The notes under the pieces are model-generated. The model was not told where the DNA came from. It saw only the letters and a list, made by a program, of their open reading frames with translations, and made no database searches. Below, one piece after another: positions 1-10,415 of a DNA stretch of 64,000 nt. Position 1 is the first letter of the stretch. The number at the start of each line of letters is the position of its first letter. Made by a program: the position numbers and the translations under genes. Source of the DNA: Chloroflexota bacterium (GTDB taxonomy: Bacteria > Chloroflexota > UBA11872 > VXNJ01); the NCBI GenBank assembly GCA_965203015.1, contig CBDBBM010000023.1, forward strand, positions 64,308 to 128,307. The letters run 5' to 3'.

Positions 1-1226
1 TCAGTGCCGCGCTGCAGTCGGAAGAGCGCCGCCAGGTCAACGGCTTGGAGCTGATCGCCTCCGAAAACTATGCTTCGCGGGCGGTAATGGAAGCCCTGGG
101 CACGGTCTTTACCAACAAGTACGCCGAAGGGTATCCGGGCCGGCGCTACTATGGCGGTTGCCAGAACGTGGACGTGGTCGAACGCCTGGCCCGAGAGCGC
201 GCCCTCGCGCTATTCGGCGGAGACCACGCCAACGTCCAGCCGCATTCGGGCTCGGCCCCGAACATGGCCGTCTACATGGCCGTGCTCGAGCCCGGCGACA
301 CCCTGATGGGCCTCTCGCTGGCCCACGGCGGCCACCTCACCCACGGGCACCCGATGAATTTTTCGGGCGGTCTCTACAACGTGGTTTCCTACGGCGTCGA
401 TCCGGTGACCGAGCTGATCGACTACGACCAGGTCGAGGCGATCGCGCTCGAGCACCGCCCCAAACTGATCGTCTCCGGCGCGACCGCCTATCCGCGCACC
501 ATCGACTTCGAGCGCTTCGCCGAGATCGCCGACCGGGTCGGCGCCCTGCACATGTGCGACATGGCCCACATTGCCGGCCTGGTGGCCGGCGGGGTGCACC
601 CCAGTCCGGTCGAGCACTGCGACTTCGTCACCAGTTCGACCCACAAATCGCTGCGCGGACCGCGCGGTGGCCTGCTGATCTGCCGGCAGGAGCACGCCAG
701 GCAGGTCGACCGCCTCGTATTTCCCGGCATCCAGGGCGGCCCGTTCATGAACGTGATCGCGGCCAAGGCGGTCGCCTTCGGCGAGGCCCTGCGTCCCGAA
801 TTTGCCCGCTACGCCGAAGCGGTCGTCCGCAACGCGGCGACGCTGGCCGAATCGCTTTCAGAAGCCGGGCTGCGAGTTGTCTCCGGCGGCACCGACAACC
901 ACATCGTGCTGCTGGACTTCGGCTCCGACGGGCCGTCCGGCAAGAAGATGCAGCGGGTGCTGGAAGCGGCCGAAATCACGACCAACAAGAACACCGTCCC
1001 GCGTGAGACCCGCAAGCCGTTCATCGCGTCGGGGATCCGGCTGGGGACACCGGCCCTGACCACGCGCGGAATGGGTCCGGACGAGATGCGGCAGATCGCG
1101 GCCTGGATTGGGCGGGTCGCCGCCGCCGCCGACGAGCCGGACGAGCTGGCCGGGATCGCACTCGAGGTCCGTGAGCTGGCGGGCAGGTTCCCGGTTCCGG
1201 GGATCGACCAGGCCGGCAACACCTAA
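1..1226 (+). CDS. glyA: serine hydroxymethyltransferase (N-terminus outside window)
   Basis: Translation ...[18 protein letters not shown]...[14 protein letters not shown]... matches SHMT core incl. PLP-lysine region; ORF enters from window edge (first Met at 45 is internal). Confidence 0.93.
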   Translation, partial: SAALQSEERRQVNGLELIASENYASRAVMEALGTVFTNKYAEGYPGRRYYGGCQNVDVVERLARERALALFGGDHANVQPHSGSAPNMAVYMAVLEPGDTLMGLSLAHGGHLTHGHPMNFSGGLYNVVSYGVDPVTELIDYDQVEAIALEHRPKLIVSGATAYPRTIDFERFAEIADRVGALHMCDMAHIAGLVAGGVHPSPVEHCDFVTSSTHKSLRGPRGGLLICRQEHARQVDRLVFPGIQGGPFMNVIAAKAVAFGEALRPEFARYAEAVVRNAATLAESLSEAGLRVVSGGTDNHIVLLDFGSDGPSGKKMQRVLEAAEITTNKNTVPRETRKPFIASGIRLGTPALTTRGMGPDEMRQIAAWIGRVAAAADEPDELAGIALEVRELAGRFPVPGIDQAGNT

Positions 1227-1242
1227 ACCGCGGCCGCTCCCG

Positions 1243-2133
1243 ATGCACGAGGCCGCGGTCATTGCGGCCGCGTTCTGCTGGAGTGCCGGATTCGTAATCT
1301 CGCGGCCGCTGCTGGCGCACCTGAGCGTATTCCGGACCAACCTGCTGCGCCTGCTGCCGCCGGCGCTGTTCTTCCCGACCCTGCTCCTGGCGCTGGGCCT
1401 GGGGTCAACCCTGGGCGAATTCGGGTGGCACAACTACGCAGCCCTGATCGCCTCGGCCTTCGTCGGGATCGGGCTGGCCGATTCCGGGATGATCCACAGC
1501 ATGCGCCTGATCGGCCTGGCCCGGGCTTACACCCTGGGAAACTTCGCCACCCTGTTTGCGGTCCTGTGGGCCTGGCTGATCCTCGACGAAGTGGTCAATC
1601 TGGCCCTTGTCTGGTCGGCGCTGATAACCGTTGGCGGTGTGGTCCTGGTCACCTCGCGCGGCGGTTCCGGCCAGGGGGAGGCCGCCTACGGAACGCGCCA
1701 GTTCTGGACCGGGGTGGCGCTGGCCTGCGGCGTGGCCGCGGTCTGGGGCCTGGACCTGGTGCTCATCCGGATCGGGATCGGGGACGGTCACCCGCTGGCG
1801 GCCAACGCGGTGCGCATGCCGGCCTCGCTCGTGGTGGCCGGGATCGCACTGCTGGCCCGCGAACCGCCCGGAGCCCCGCGGCAAATGCCGACGACCGCGC
1901 AGACGCTGCGCGGACTGCTGGGCGGGGCGATCGGGATTACCTGTTCGGCATTGTTGATCTTTTGGGCAATCCCGGAGATCGGGGCCGCCCGGGTGGGGGT
2001 GTTGGCGGCGCTGTCGCCGGTGTTCGGATTACTGCTGGCGACGCTGTTCCTGGGTGAGCGGGCCAGTCGCCGCCAGGCGGTCGGGGTGATCGTGGCCATC
2101 AGCGGGGTGATCCTGCTGGTGGTCGCCGCCTGA
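1243..2133 (+). CDS. EamA/DMT-superfamily membrane transporter
   Basis: ~10 hydrophobic helices in two repeated halves; ATG at 1243 (MHEAAVIAAAF...) directly after glyA stop; the tracked ORF from 1108 overlaps glyA and is probably over-extended. Confidence 0.65.
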   Translation: MHEAAVIAAAFCWSAGFVISRPLLAHLSVFRTNLLRLLPPALFFPTLLLALGLGSTLGEFGWHNYAALIASAFVGIGLADSGMIHSMRLIGLARAYTLGNFATLFAVLWAWLILDEVVNLALVWSALITVGGVVLVTSRGGSGQGEAAYGTRQFWTGVALACGVAAVWGLDLVLIRIGIGDGHPLAANAVRMPASLVVAGIALLAREPPGAPRQMPTTAQTLRGLLGGAIGITCSALLIFWAIPEIGAARVGVLAALSPVFGLLLATLFLGERASRRQAVGVIVAISGVILLVVAA

Positions 2134-2175
2134 GCCCGGGCGCGGCGGCGAACATAGGCTGTTGCCGGTGACTGC

Positions 2176-4539
2176 GTGCGGGGACTGGATCGGTTGAAGC
2201 TACTTGCCAGGATTCTTGGGCTGGCGCTGGGGCGCCGGCTGCCGATTACCGCCGGCGAGCTCGCGGTTACCGGAATCTCCAGGCGGGTGACGATCGGCCG
2301 CGACCGCCACGGCATCCCCTACATTCAGGCCGGAAACGATCCCGACGCCTGGTTTGGAGTCGGGTTCTGCCAGGGCCAGGACCGGGCGTTCCAGCTGGAG
2401 CTGATGCTCCGGTTGTTCAGGGGCACGCTCTCCGAGCTCATCGGATCGGCCGGCCTGCCCTTGGACCGGGTTTCGCGGCGGCTGGGGCTGGTGGAGGCGG
2501 CGCGGCGCCAGGCCGGGCAGCCCGAGCCGGAAATCAAGGCCAACATCGAGGCTTTTGCCAAAGGAGTCAACGCCGGGGTGCGGCTGGGGCTGCGCCGCCG
2601 CCCGCACGAATTCCTGCTCCTGCGCTCGCGCCCGACGCCCTATACGGTCGTCGACGTGATTGGGGCCGCCAAGCTGCACGCCCTGGCGCTGGCCTCGAAC
2701 TGGGACATCGAACTGGCGCGCCTTGAAATCCTCTGCGCCGACGGGCCGGCGGCCCTGGCCGACCTGGACCCGGCCTATCGCCCCGGGCATCCGGTGGCGA
2801 TCCCGCCCGGGGCGCCGCGGGGCCCAACTACGGACCGCCTGTCCCAGGACCTGGCCGCGCTACGGTCAATCGTCGGCGGGCAGGGCGGCTCCAACGCCTG
2901 GGCCCTGGCAGCATCCAAGACCGCCGGCGGAAGCCCGATCCTGGCCAACGACCCGCACCTGCGGCCGATGCTCCCGCCGCACTGGTACCTGGCCCAGGTG
3001 CGCACCCCGGAATGGTCGGCCGCCGGTGCCACCTATGTCGGCGGTCCGGCCATTCCGGCCGGGCACAACGGGGAATGCGCCTGGGGTGTGACCGCCACCC
3101 TGGCCGATACCACCGACATGTTCTTCGAACAGCTCTCGCCGGATGGCCGGCGCGTGCGCGAGGGGGACGGATTCGTGGCCTGCCGCGAGCGGTGCGAGAC
3201 CATCCGGGTCAAGGGTTCCCCGGACGTGATCGAGCGCGTGCTTGAGACACCGCGCGGGCCGATCGTGGCCCGGGGCCCCGGCGGCGAGGCGCTTTCGCTG
3301 CGGGCCATCTGGCTCGATCCGCGGCCGGTCCGGGGCATGCTCGACATCCACCGCGCCCGGACGTTCGAACAGTTCCGCGATGCCTGCGCGGACTGGCCGC
3401 TCTCTTCGCTGAGCATGGTCTATGCCGACCGCGAAGGTCGGATCGGCTGGCAGATGATGGGGAGCGTGCCGGTCCGCCGCCGCGGATTTGGGACGGTGCC
3501 GCAGCCGGGCTGGTCGGCCGGCAGCGGCTGGGAAAGCGAACCGGTTCCGCACTCCGAACTGCCCTCCAGCAGCGATCCCGCGGCCGGAGTAATCGCCACC
3601 GCCAACAACAGTCCCACGCCGGAAGGCGGCCCCTGGCTCGGGTCGGATTTCGTGGACGGCTATCGCGCGCGCCGCATTCTCGGGGCCTTAAGCGAACGCG
3701 GCGATTGGAGCGTGACCGATTCGATGCGACTGCAGATGGACGTGGAGTCCGAGTCCTGGAAGGAGATGCGGGCCGCGGTGCTGGCGGCATCGGCCGCAGA
3801 ACCCGACGCCGCGGCAGGGCAGGAACTGCTCGCGGCCTGGGACGGCCGAATGGACGCCCGATCGCCGGCGGCGAGCGTGTTCGCGCTATTCTGCGCGGCG
3901 ATCGGCACCGCGATTGCGAAGGCGCGGGCCCCCCGGGCCTGGGAATGGGCGCTGGGCCGGTCCGAAACCGGATTTGCGCCCTTTACGCTGCTGATCGCGC
4001 GACGTGACGGGCACACCGCGCGGCTGCTCAGCGAACAGCCCGACGGTTGGTTCGCCGAAGGCTGGGGGGCGGCAATCGGCGCCGCCCTGGCCGACTCGGT
4101 AAGGACGCTGCGAAAGCACGGCGGCCCGGATCCGGCCTCCTGGCACTGGGGCCGGATCCGGCCGCTGATGCTGCGACATCCGCTCGGGGTGGGACCGGTC
4201 CTTGGGGCGATCTTCAACCGTGGTCCCTTCCCGGTCGGGGGTGACGGAAACACGGTCCTGCAGGCGGTTTCGCCCCCGCAGGATCCGCTGTCCGAACCGC
4301 TTGTCTGCCCGTCGCTGCGGATGGTCATCGACGCCGGCGAGTGGGGGAACTCGCGCTACTGCCTGCCGGGCGGCCAGTCCGGGAACCCCGCCTCGCCGCA
4401 CTACGAGGACCAGCTGGGCCATTGGCTGCGGGGCGGGGGCGTGCCCATCGCCTGGGGGTCGGCCGCCGTAAAGAGGGCGGTCGTCAGGGAGTTGCGGCTG
4501 CGGCCGCCGGCGGGCGAATCGAGGCGCGCCGCCGGGTAA
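2176..4539 (+). CDS. penicillin amidase (S45/Ntn-hydrolase) family protein, possible acyl-homoserine-lactone/penicillin acylase
   Basis: 787 aa; internal ...GGQGGSNAWALAASKTAGGSPILANDPHL... fits the autoproteolytic Ser-Asn-x-Trp nucleophile region of penicillin G acylase/PvdQ-type acylases. Confidence 0.85.
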   Translation: MRGLDRLKLLARILGLALGRRLPITAGELAVTGISRRVTIGRDRHGIPYIQAGNDPDAWFGVGFCQGQDRAFQLELMLRLFRGTLSELIGSAGLPLDRVSRRLGLVEAARRQAGQPEPEIKANIEAFAKGVNAGVRLGLRRRPHEFLLLRSRPTPYTVVDVIGAAKLHALALASNWDIELARLEILCADGPAALADLDPAYRPGHPVAIPPGAPRGPTTDRLSQDLAALRSIVGGQGGSNAWALAASKTAGGSPILANDPHLRPMLPPHWYLAQVRTPEWSAAGATYVGGPAIPAGHNGECAWGVTATLADTTDMFFEQLSPDGRRVREGDGFVACRERCETIRVKGSPDVIERVLETPRGPIVARGPGGEALSLRAIWLDPRPVRGMLDIHRARTFEQFRDACADWPLSSLSMVYADREGRIGWQMMGSVPVRRRGFGTVPQPGWSAGSGWESEPVPHSELPSSSDPAAGVIATANNSPTPEGGPWLGSDFVDGYRARRILGALSERGDWSVTDSMRLQMDVESESWKEMRAAVLAASAAEPDAAAGQELLAAWDGRMDARSPAASVFALFCAAIGTAIAKARAPRAWEWALGRSETGFAPFTLLIARRDGHTARLLSEQPDGWFAEGWGAAIGAALADSVRTLRKHGGPDPASWHWGRIRPLMLRHPLGVGPVLGAIFNRGPFPVGGDGNTVLQAVSPPQDPLSEPLVCPSLRMVIDAGEWGNSRYCLPGGQSGNPASPHYEDQLGHWLRGGGVPIAWGSAAVKRAVVRELRLRPPAGESRRAAG

Positions 4540-4544
4540 ACGGG

Positions 4545-5420
4545 CTAGGCAAAAGCCGCGATCGCGCCGATCCCCAGGACGATCAGCAAGGACCCCAGCA
4601 GGCGTCCGCGCCCGAACGGCTCCTTAAGCACCAGGCTGCCCAGCAGCACCGCGATCACGATGCCGATCTCGCGGGCCGGCCAGACGTAGCTGACCTGGGC
4701 CAGTTGAAGGGCCGAAAGGACCAGCCCGTAAGCCAGGAAGGTGAGCACCGCGGCGGTGATGATGGCGCGCCGACCCGCGCGCCAGGCGTCGCCCAGGGCG
4801 GGAATCCCGTGCCTGCGCACGATGTAGGGAGCGAGCATGAGGGCCACGCCCAGCGACATCAGGTGCATGTAGAGGAAAGGCGTGACGTGCCCCACTCCGA
4901 GCTTGTCCCAGATCGAATAGCCGGCGATGCAGATCCCGGTGGCGATCGCATAGCGGGTGCCGGACTCGTTCAGGAAGCGCAGAGGATCGGTAAGGATACT
5001 GGCCATGCGGCCGGTCCAGTAGACGAACAACACCCCGGCCACAATCGCGGCGATTCCCGCAACCGCGGGCGGCGACACGGTCTCCCCGAGCAGCAGTACG
5101 CCCAGGACCGGGACGAGCGCGGGGCCGGTTCCGCGGGCGATCGGGTACACCTGGGAGAGTTCCCCGCTCGCGTAGCCGCGCGCCAGGAAGAGGAAATAAA
5201 AGGTGTGAATGAGGCTGGTTCCGAATACGAACAGCCAGCCCTGCGGCGAGATCGGTTCGGAGAGGAATAGCAGCAGCGCCAGAGGCGCAAACAGCGCCGC
5301 CATGGCCACCTGCATCCACCAGACGAACGCCTCGTGATCGCGGGTCCGCGTCATCAGGTAGTTCCATCCGACGTGGGCCACTCCGGAGAGCAGGACCAAG
5401 ATCAGGGCCGGCGTCGACAC
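4545..5420 (-). CDS. EamA/DMT-superfamily membrane transporter
   Basis: 291 aa, 10 predicted TM helices, GTG start; typical DMT two-repeat topology. Confidence 0.7.
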   Translation of the reverse strand: MSTPALILVLLSGVAHVGWNYLMTRTRDHEAFVWWMQVAMAALFAPLALLLFLSEPISPQGWLFVFGTSLIHTFYFLFLARGYASGELSQVYPIARGTGPALVPVLGVLLLGETVSPPAVAGIAAIVAGVLFVYWTGRMASILTDPLRFLNESGTRYAIATGICIAGYSIWDKLGVGHVTPFLYMHLMSLGVALMLAPYIVRRHGIPALGDAWRAGRRAIITAAVLTFLAYGLVLSALQLAQVSYVWPAREIGIVIAVLLGSLVLKEPFGRGRLLGSLLIVLGIGAIAAFA

Positions 5421-5478
5421 CGGGTCACGCCCTGCGCGTGCGGCGCGCGTTCGCCGCCCCTCGCGCTGAGTATTGCAG

Positions 5479-8133
5479 CTAGCGCCGTCTTGTCCCGGCC
5501 GGTAGTTCGATGACCGCCGCGCGCGGCGCCGCCAGGTCGCGCGCGGCGCGATCGAACAGCTCCAGGGTCAGCGGATGGCAGGTGAATACCAACAGCTGAT
5601 TCGTCTTGGAAAGTTCCAGCAATGCCCTGGCCGCACGCAACGCCCGGTCGGGATCGAAATTGACCAGGATTTCGTCCACCGCCACCGGCAGCGCCGGCAG
5701 TTTGCGGCCCAGCTCGGCGATCAGCCCGAAGCGCAGCGCCAGGTAGAGCTGTTCGCGGGTGCCGCGGCTCAGCTGGCGTGGTTCTTTGCGGGAACCGTCC
5801 CGGTCCAGCACCGCTATCTCGTCAGAACCCAGCGGCGCCAGTATCGAAGGGTAGCGGCCGGCGCTTAATTCTGCGAAAACGGACTGGGCGGCCCGGATGA
5901 TGCCGGGCTGCCGATCGGTCTCGTAGCGCTGACGCGCCTCGGCCAGGAGCCGGCCGGCCAGCGTCAGCACGACCCATTCGCGCTCGGCATCCTCGATCCG
6001 CGCTGCAAGGATCGCGCGCACTTGGACCAGGCGGTCGGAATCCGACTCGGCGGCAAGTTCCTGCAACTGGTTCCGGAGCGCGCCCTGGTCGAGCGCGTTT
6101 TCCTCCAGCCGGGAGTCCAGTTCGTCCAATCGGGTCCGGATTTCCGCCGCCGCGCTCCGCAGCCGTTCGGAGTCGGATGTGCTTAACCGGGCCCGTAGCT
6201 GCTCGATGCTCTGACCGTCGGCCAGCCGGTTGCGCAGACGTTCGCGGGCCCCATCAGCCGCGCCCTGCAGCCGTTCGCGCCGGCGCGCCTCCGACTGGAG
6301 TTGGCGCAGCTGATCGGAGTCCCGAACGCCCAGCTCGGCCAGCAGCTCCGTCCGCGACCGGCGCGCGGATTCAACCAGTTCACCGCGCCGCGTCACCTCG
6401 GCCTGTGCGGCGGCCACCGCGCGCTGGCGGAGCGGGAACTGCCGGTGTATTTCGATCAGGCCGTCGGCGGTTCGTTCCGTTTCATCCTGACCGGCTCCTG
6501 AAGCGAACGTTTCGGCAAGGGTGCCGACCAGGGACCTGTAACCGGTGATGTCGCGCTCAATGGCGGCGATGCGGCTCCGCCAGGCGCGGGTGTTCTCAAG
6601 CGCTGCGCGAGCGCGCTCCAGCGCCGCCTGCAGCCCAACCGCCTGGTCGGGCGACAGGTCCGGGTCCAGTTGCCTGCTTCGGAGAAAGTCGCGCCACTGG
6701 CCGCGCGCGCGGCCCCGCTCGCGCGCGGCCCGGCTGCGGCCACCGCCAATCAGGAGGGCCCCGAGACCGGCGGCGGCGATAACCACCATCGCCACCAGCG
6801 CGAGGTTGGCCGCGGTGGAGGGTTCTACATAGGCCGGCTGAGCCCAGAGCAGGCCTCCGGCCCCGCCGATGCCGATCACGGTCGCCAGGACCCCGGTGGT
6901 CGACCGGACCGGAATCCCGCCACCGGATCCCGCGCCACGGCCGCCGGGCTCCCCTCCTGCGCCGTGCCCGAGCGCGCCGGCCAGCCTGGCCATCTCGGCC
7001 CGGTCGTTTTCCGAGAACCGGAACTCGGCGGCCCGCTCGGCGGTCCAGTCCGGGCCGAGCGTGGCCAGCGCTTCCGCCAGGTCTCGCTCGTGCCGGGCAA
7101 GTTCGCCGCGCCGCTGCGGCAGGTCCCGAACCGAGGACGCGAATGCGGATCGTCCGCGCACCAGCGATTCGAGTCGCTCCAGGTTCTCGGGTAGGCCGCC
7201 AGGATCGATTCCGGCCGGGATCGCGGCGCGGGCCTCGGCCAGCTCGCGCTCGGCGCGATCGTGTTCAGCCAGGCCGATCCGGATCCGCTCGTCGATGGCG
7301 TTGAGGCGCGCCAGGGCGTTCTCCGGCAGCATTCCCGGATCAGGGGCCGCGGCCAGCTCCTGCTCGCGCGAACGCAGGTCGTCAAAATCGGTCCAGGCGG
7401 CCTGCAGACGTCGAATGTCCTCAAGGCGGATTGAGCACTCGGCGGCGGCCGCGCGAAACTGGCGGGCTTTTTGCTCCGAATCGGCCAGTTCGTCCTTGAG
7501 CCGGCCGTAGCGGCGGGCCAGTCCGCGGCTCTGCTCGAGCCTCTGGTCGACATCCCTAATCTGCCGGCGCAGTTCGGCCAGCCGATGCTTGCGGCCGCGC
7601 GGCGAGTAGACCGCCTTGCGTTGGGCCTCCAGTTCCTCGAACGCCCGCGGGAGGTTGCGCTCGCCCACCCCGGCGCTGTAAATCTGGCGGTTCACGTTTT
7701 CGTCGCGCAGCAGCGCGTCGCTCTGCAGTTCTTCCAGCGTGAAAGCGTAGAGATTTGTGAACAGGTCCTCGCCCTGGACCGCCAGAAGTTCGGCCAGATA
7801 CTCCTCGCCGCGGACCTGTCCGTCGGCCGTGAAAATCTCGACCGGCCCCCGGCCCTTGCCTTCGAACCGGGTCACCGAGGTGACTTCGCCGCCGCCGTTT
7901 GCAAGCTCGATCAGGCCCCCGTGACGCCCGCCGGCGAGCGGCGGAAACCAGCGGTCGCCGCGCCTGCGCGGGAACCCGAAGAGGATGGTCCGAATGAATT
8001 CCAGCAGGGTGCTCTTGCCGGCTTCGTTGGGTCCTTCGAAAACGGTCATGCGCTCGTCGAGGGGGCCGATATCCAGGTCGTTGAAGTGCCCGAAGCCGTT
8101 GATCCGCAGCCGCCGGATGGAAAGCCGGTTCAT
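5479..8133 (-). CDS. AAA-family ATPase, YhaN/SbcC-like (coiled-coil DNA repair ATPase)
   Basis: N-terminal Walker A ...FEGPNEAGKSTLLEFI..., long Arg/Glu/Leu-rich coiled-coil, internal hydrophobic segment, C-terminal ...ELGRKLPALPVAVDEILVNFDPDRA... signature/D-loop; start ATG at 8133 overlaps upstream nuclease gene stop (ATGA). Confidence 0.8.
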   Translation of the reverse strand: MNRLSIRRLRINGFGHFNDLDIGPLDERMTVFEGPNEAGKSTLLEFIRTILFGFPRRRGDRWFPPLAGGRHGGLIELANGGGEVTSVTRFEGKGRGPVEIFTADGQVRGEEYLAELLAVQGEDLFTNLYAFTLEELQSDALLRDENVNRQIYSAGVGERNLPRAFEELEAQRKAVYSPRGRKHRLAELRRQIRDVDQRLEQSRGLARRYGRLKDELADSEQKARQFRAAAAECSIRLEDIRRLQAAWTDFDDLRSREQELAAAPDPGMLPENALARLNAIDERIRIGLAEHDRAERELAEARAAIPAGIDPGGLPENLERLESLVRGRSAFASSVRDLPQRRGELARHERDLAEALATLGPDWTAERAAEFRFSENDRAEMARLAGALGHGAGGEPGGRGAGSGGGIPVRSTTGVLATVIGIGGAGGLLWAQPAYVEPSTAANLALVAMVVIAAAGLGALLIGGGRSRAARERGRARGQWRDFLRSRQLDPDLSPDQAVGLQAALERARAALENTRAWRSRIAAIERDITGYRSLVGTLAETFASGAGQDETERTADGLIEIHRQFPLRQRAVAAAQAEVTRRGELVESARRSRTELLAELGVRDSDQLRQLQSEARRRERLQGAADGARERLRNRLADGQSIEQLRARLSTSDSERLRSAAAEIRTRLDELDSRLEENALDQGALRNQLQELAAESDSDRLVQVRAILAARIEDAEREWVVLTLAGRLLAEARQRYETDRQPGIIRAAQSVFAELSAGRYPSILAPLGSDEIAVLDRDGSRKEPRQLSRGTREQLYLALRFGLIAELGRKLPALPVAVDEILVNFDPDRALRAARALLELSKTNQLLVFTCHPLTLELFDRAARDLAAPRAAVIELPAGTRRR

Positions 8134-9398
8134 TCTTCCAGCAGGTCCAGGGCGCGGTTTTCGGCGGCCTCGATCAGTGCGGCGCGGTCCTTTGGCCAGC
8201 TCCCCGATTCGGCGAGGTAGGGCCGGTAGTCGGCGTTGCCGTAGAGTTCGGCCAGGGCTTCCTCGATGTGGGGAGGTACGGATTCGGCGTCGGCCAGCTG
8301 ATCGCATACCACCAGCAGGTCGGCGATCAGGTCACCGCCGGCGCGACGGTGCGGCCGGTCGTGCGGGGCTGCGGTGGCAACATCCACGCGGTCGCACCAG
8401 CTGAATGGACCGGCGCCGGGCCGTGAATTCAATTCCTCAGCCAGTTCGCCAGCCGCTCCGGGCGCCAGCAGATGCCGGTGCAGCGGCCCGCGGCCTTCGA
8501 GCGCTATTCGATATAGCAGGGGCCGACCGCCGGTCTGCCCGGCGGCCCGCCCGGCCAAGCCCTGCAGATCTGCGAGCAACCGGGCCGGAGTCTCGGTCGC
8601 GGAAATATCGTGGCTCAGGATTTCCATGCGCACGCGGTCGGTGGCCACGAACTCGAAGCCCACCTTGCCGGACCGTTCAATCTCGACCAGGTACACCCCC
8701 TTGGGCCCGGTCTGGCTCCAGCGCAGTCCCTGCGGGCAACCGGCGTAGATCGCCACCGGGTTTTCGTCCAGCAATACCCGACGCCGGTGCACGTGGCCGA
8801 GCGCCCAGTAGGCGAATCCGGGGTCGCGCAGGTCGGTCAACGAGCAGGGAGCGTACTGGTCCTCGCCGGGTTCGGCCCCGACCGCGCAGTGCAGGAGGCC
8901 GATGGCCAGCTCGCCGCGAGCGGCGCGGGGAAACTCGCGGGCCAGATTTCGCGGGCAGTGCTCGTGCTCGAACGAGACGCCGTAAACGGTCGCCCGGTCC
9001 GGGCGGCCGGGGACCAGCGGGGCGGCCTCCGGATCGGGACCGTAGCGTCTGCAGCCGGCGGGGAACTCAAGCCCCGCGTCCCAGCCGTCCAGCGGGTCGT
9101 GGTTGCCGCAGATGACGTGGGTTGCGATTCCGGCCGCGTCCAGGCGCCCCAGCCCGGCAACGAAGCGGTGCTGGGCGCGCAGGCTGCGCTCGGCGTCATC
9201 GTAGGCGTCGCCGGCCACCAGAACCGCCTCGACCGATTCCCGGATGGCCAGATCGACGATCTCGTCCCAGGCCCCGAAGGGAGCCTCGCCCATCTCTCGA
9301 GCGATCGCATCCGGCAGCTGCGAGCGCAGCCCGACGAACGGCGACTGCAGGTGCAGGTCGGCGGCGTGAATGAATCGCAGCGGCGCCACGTCAGCCAC
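8130..9398 (-). CDS. metallophosphoesterase, DNA-repair exonuclease SbcD/YhaO-like
   Basis: N-terminal ...FIHAADLHL... and ...VLVAGDAYDD...GNHD... calcineurin-like phosphoesterase motifs; translationally coupled to downstream AAA ATPase. Confidence 0.8.
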   Translation of the reverse strand: MADVAPLRFIHAADLHLQSPFVGLRSQLPDAIAREMGEAPFGAWDEIVDLAIRESVEAVLVAGDAYDDAERSLRAQHRFVAGLGRLDAAGIATHVICGNHDPLDGWDAGLEFPAGCRRYGPDPEAAPLVPGRPDRATVYGVSFEHEHCPRNLAREFPRAARGELAIGLLHCAVGAEPGEDQYAPCSLTDLRDPGFAYWALGHVHRRRVLLDENPVAIYAGCPQGLRWSQTGPKGVYLVEIERSGKVGFEFVATDRVRMEILSHDISATETPARLLADLQGLAGRAAGQTGGRPLLYRIALEGRGPLHRHLLAPGAAGELAEELNSRPGAGPFSWCDRVDVATAAPHDRPHRRAGGDLIADLLVVCDQLADAESVPPHIEEALAELYGNADYRPYLAESGSWPKDRAALIEAAENRALDLLEE

Positions 9399-9437
9399 CG
9401 GGGGAGCCGGTCCCGTCCTCAGCCGGCGGCACCGGCC

Positions 9438-10391
9438 CTACTTCTGGATTGGCAGGTCATCGCGCCAGGCTTCGACGTCATCGGCGAAATTCGGTGGGAC
9501 CGCTTCTTCGAGAGCGGCCAGGAACCCCTCGGGCAAGCCCCGCTCCAGCGCCTTGACCGCCGACCTGACCTCGTCGACGGTGCGGGCTCCAAAGCAGGTC
9601 GTGTCGACCAGGCCCGAATCGGTCGAAAACGCCACCGCCGCCTGGGCGACCGGGATGTCGAACTCGCTGCAGACGCGGGCCAGGTCCGTGGCCCGCGCGC
9701 GCAAGCGCTCGGGCGGCGACCGGTAGGCCAGGGTCACGTTCGGGTCCCGCGGGGCGGCCAGCAGGCCGCCGCCGAAGGGGGCACCATTGACGATTCCCAG
9801 GTCCAGTTCGCGGGCCCGGCGGTAGAGATCGGTGGCGGCGCGGTCGAGCAGGGTGTAGCGGTTGTGGTTCAGGAAGCAGTCGCATTCGCCGGTCTCGACA
9901 TAGCGCCGGATAAGGTCGACCGGGCCTCCCGACACGCCGATGCTGCCGACGACCCCCTCGTCGCGGAACTGGGCCAGGGCCTTGAACGCCCCGCCCATCA
10001 CGTCGGCGAACTGGGCCCGCTCGACATCGTGAATGAGCACCACCGGCAGATAGTCAACGCCGAGGCGCTCCAGGCTGACCGGCAGGCAGGCGCGGGCCTG
10101 CTCGTAGGAGTAGTCGAATTCCCAGGGGCGGTAGCCGATCTTGGTGACCAGCACCAGGTCGTTTGGAACTATCCCGGAGAGTTCCTTGAGGGCTATGCCG
10201 AGGCGCTCCTCGGAGTCGCCGTACATCGGCGAGGTGTCGATGTAGTTGATGCCGCTGAGCAGTATTTCCCTTATCACCGCGATCGCATCGTCGACGCTCT
10301 CGACCACCGGCGACGAGGCAATCCGGGCCGCCCCCTGGGCCAGGGGAGTCACCGCCAGCCCGGTGCGTCCGAAGCGCCGCCGCCGCATCAA
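9438..10391 (-). CDS. aldo/keto reductase family oxidoreductase
   Basis: 317 aa; ...GINYIDTSPMYGDSEERLG... AKR active-site region. Confidence 0.85.
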   Translation of the reverse strand: MMRRRRFGRTGLAVTPLAQGAARIASSPVVESVDDAIAVIREILLSGINYIDTSPMYGDSEERLGIALKELSGIVPNDLVLVTKIGYRPWEFDYSYEQARACLPVSLERLGVDYLPVVLIHDVERAQFADVMGGAFKALAQFRDEGVVGSIGVSGGPVDLIRRYVETGECDCFLNHNRYTLLDRAATDLYRRARELDLGIVNGAPFGGGLLAAPRDPNVTLAYRSPPERLRARATDLARVCSEFDIPVAQAAVAFSTDSGLVDTTCFGARTVDEVRSAVKALERGLPEGFLAALEEAVPPNFADDVEAWRDDLPIQK

Positions 10392-10415
10392 TACCCCCTC
10401 ATAACCGCCCGGAGG

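Noticed and set aside
158-1006. 282-aa + ORF overlapping glyA in another frame
   Set aside because: Arg-rich alternative frame of a conserved housekeeping gene.
5575-5868. Possibility that the YhaO/YhaN-like pair is a defence system (Lamassu/Gabija-like)
   Set aside because: Architecture (calcineurin-like nuclease + Walker-A coiled-coil ATPase with membrane segment, ATGA coupling) fits the housekeeping SbcCD/YhaON family better than known defence ATPase-nuclease pairs.
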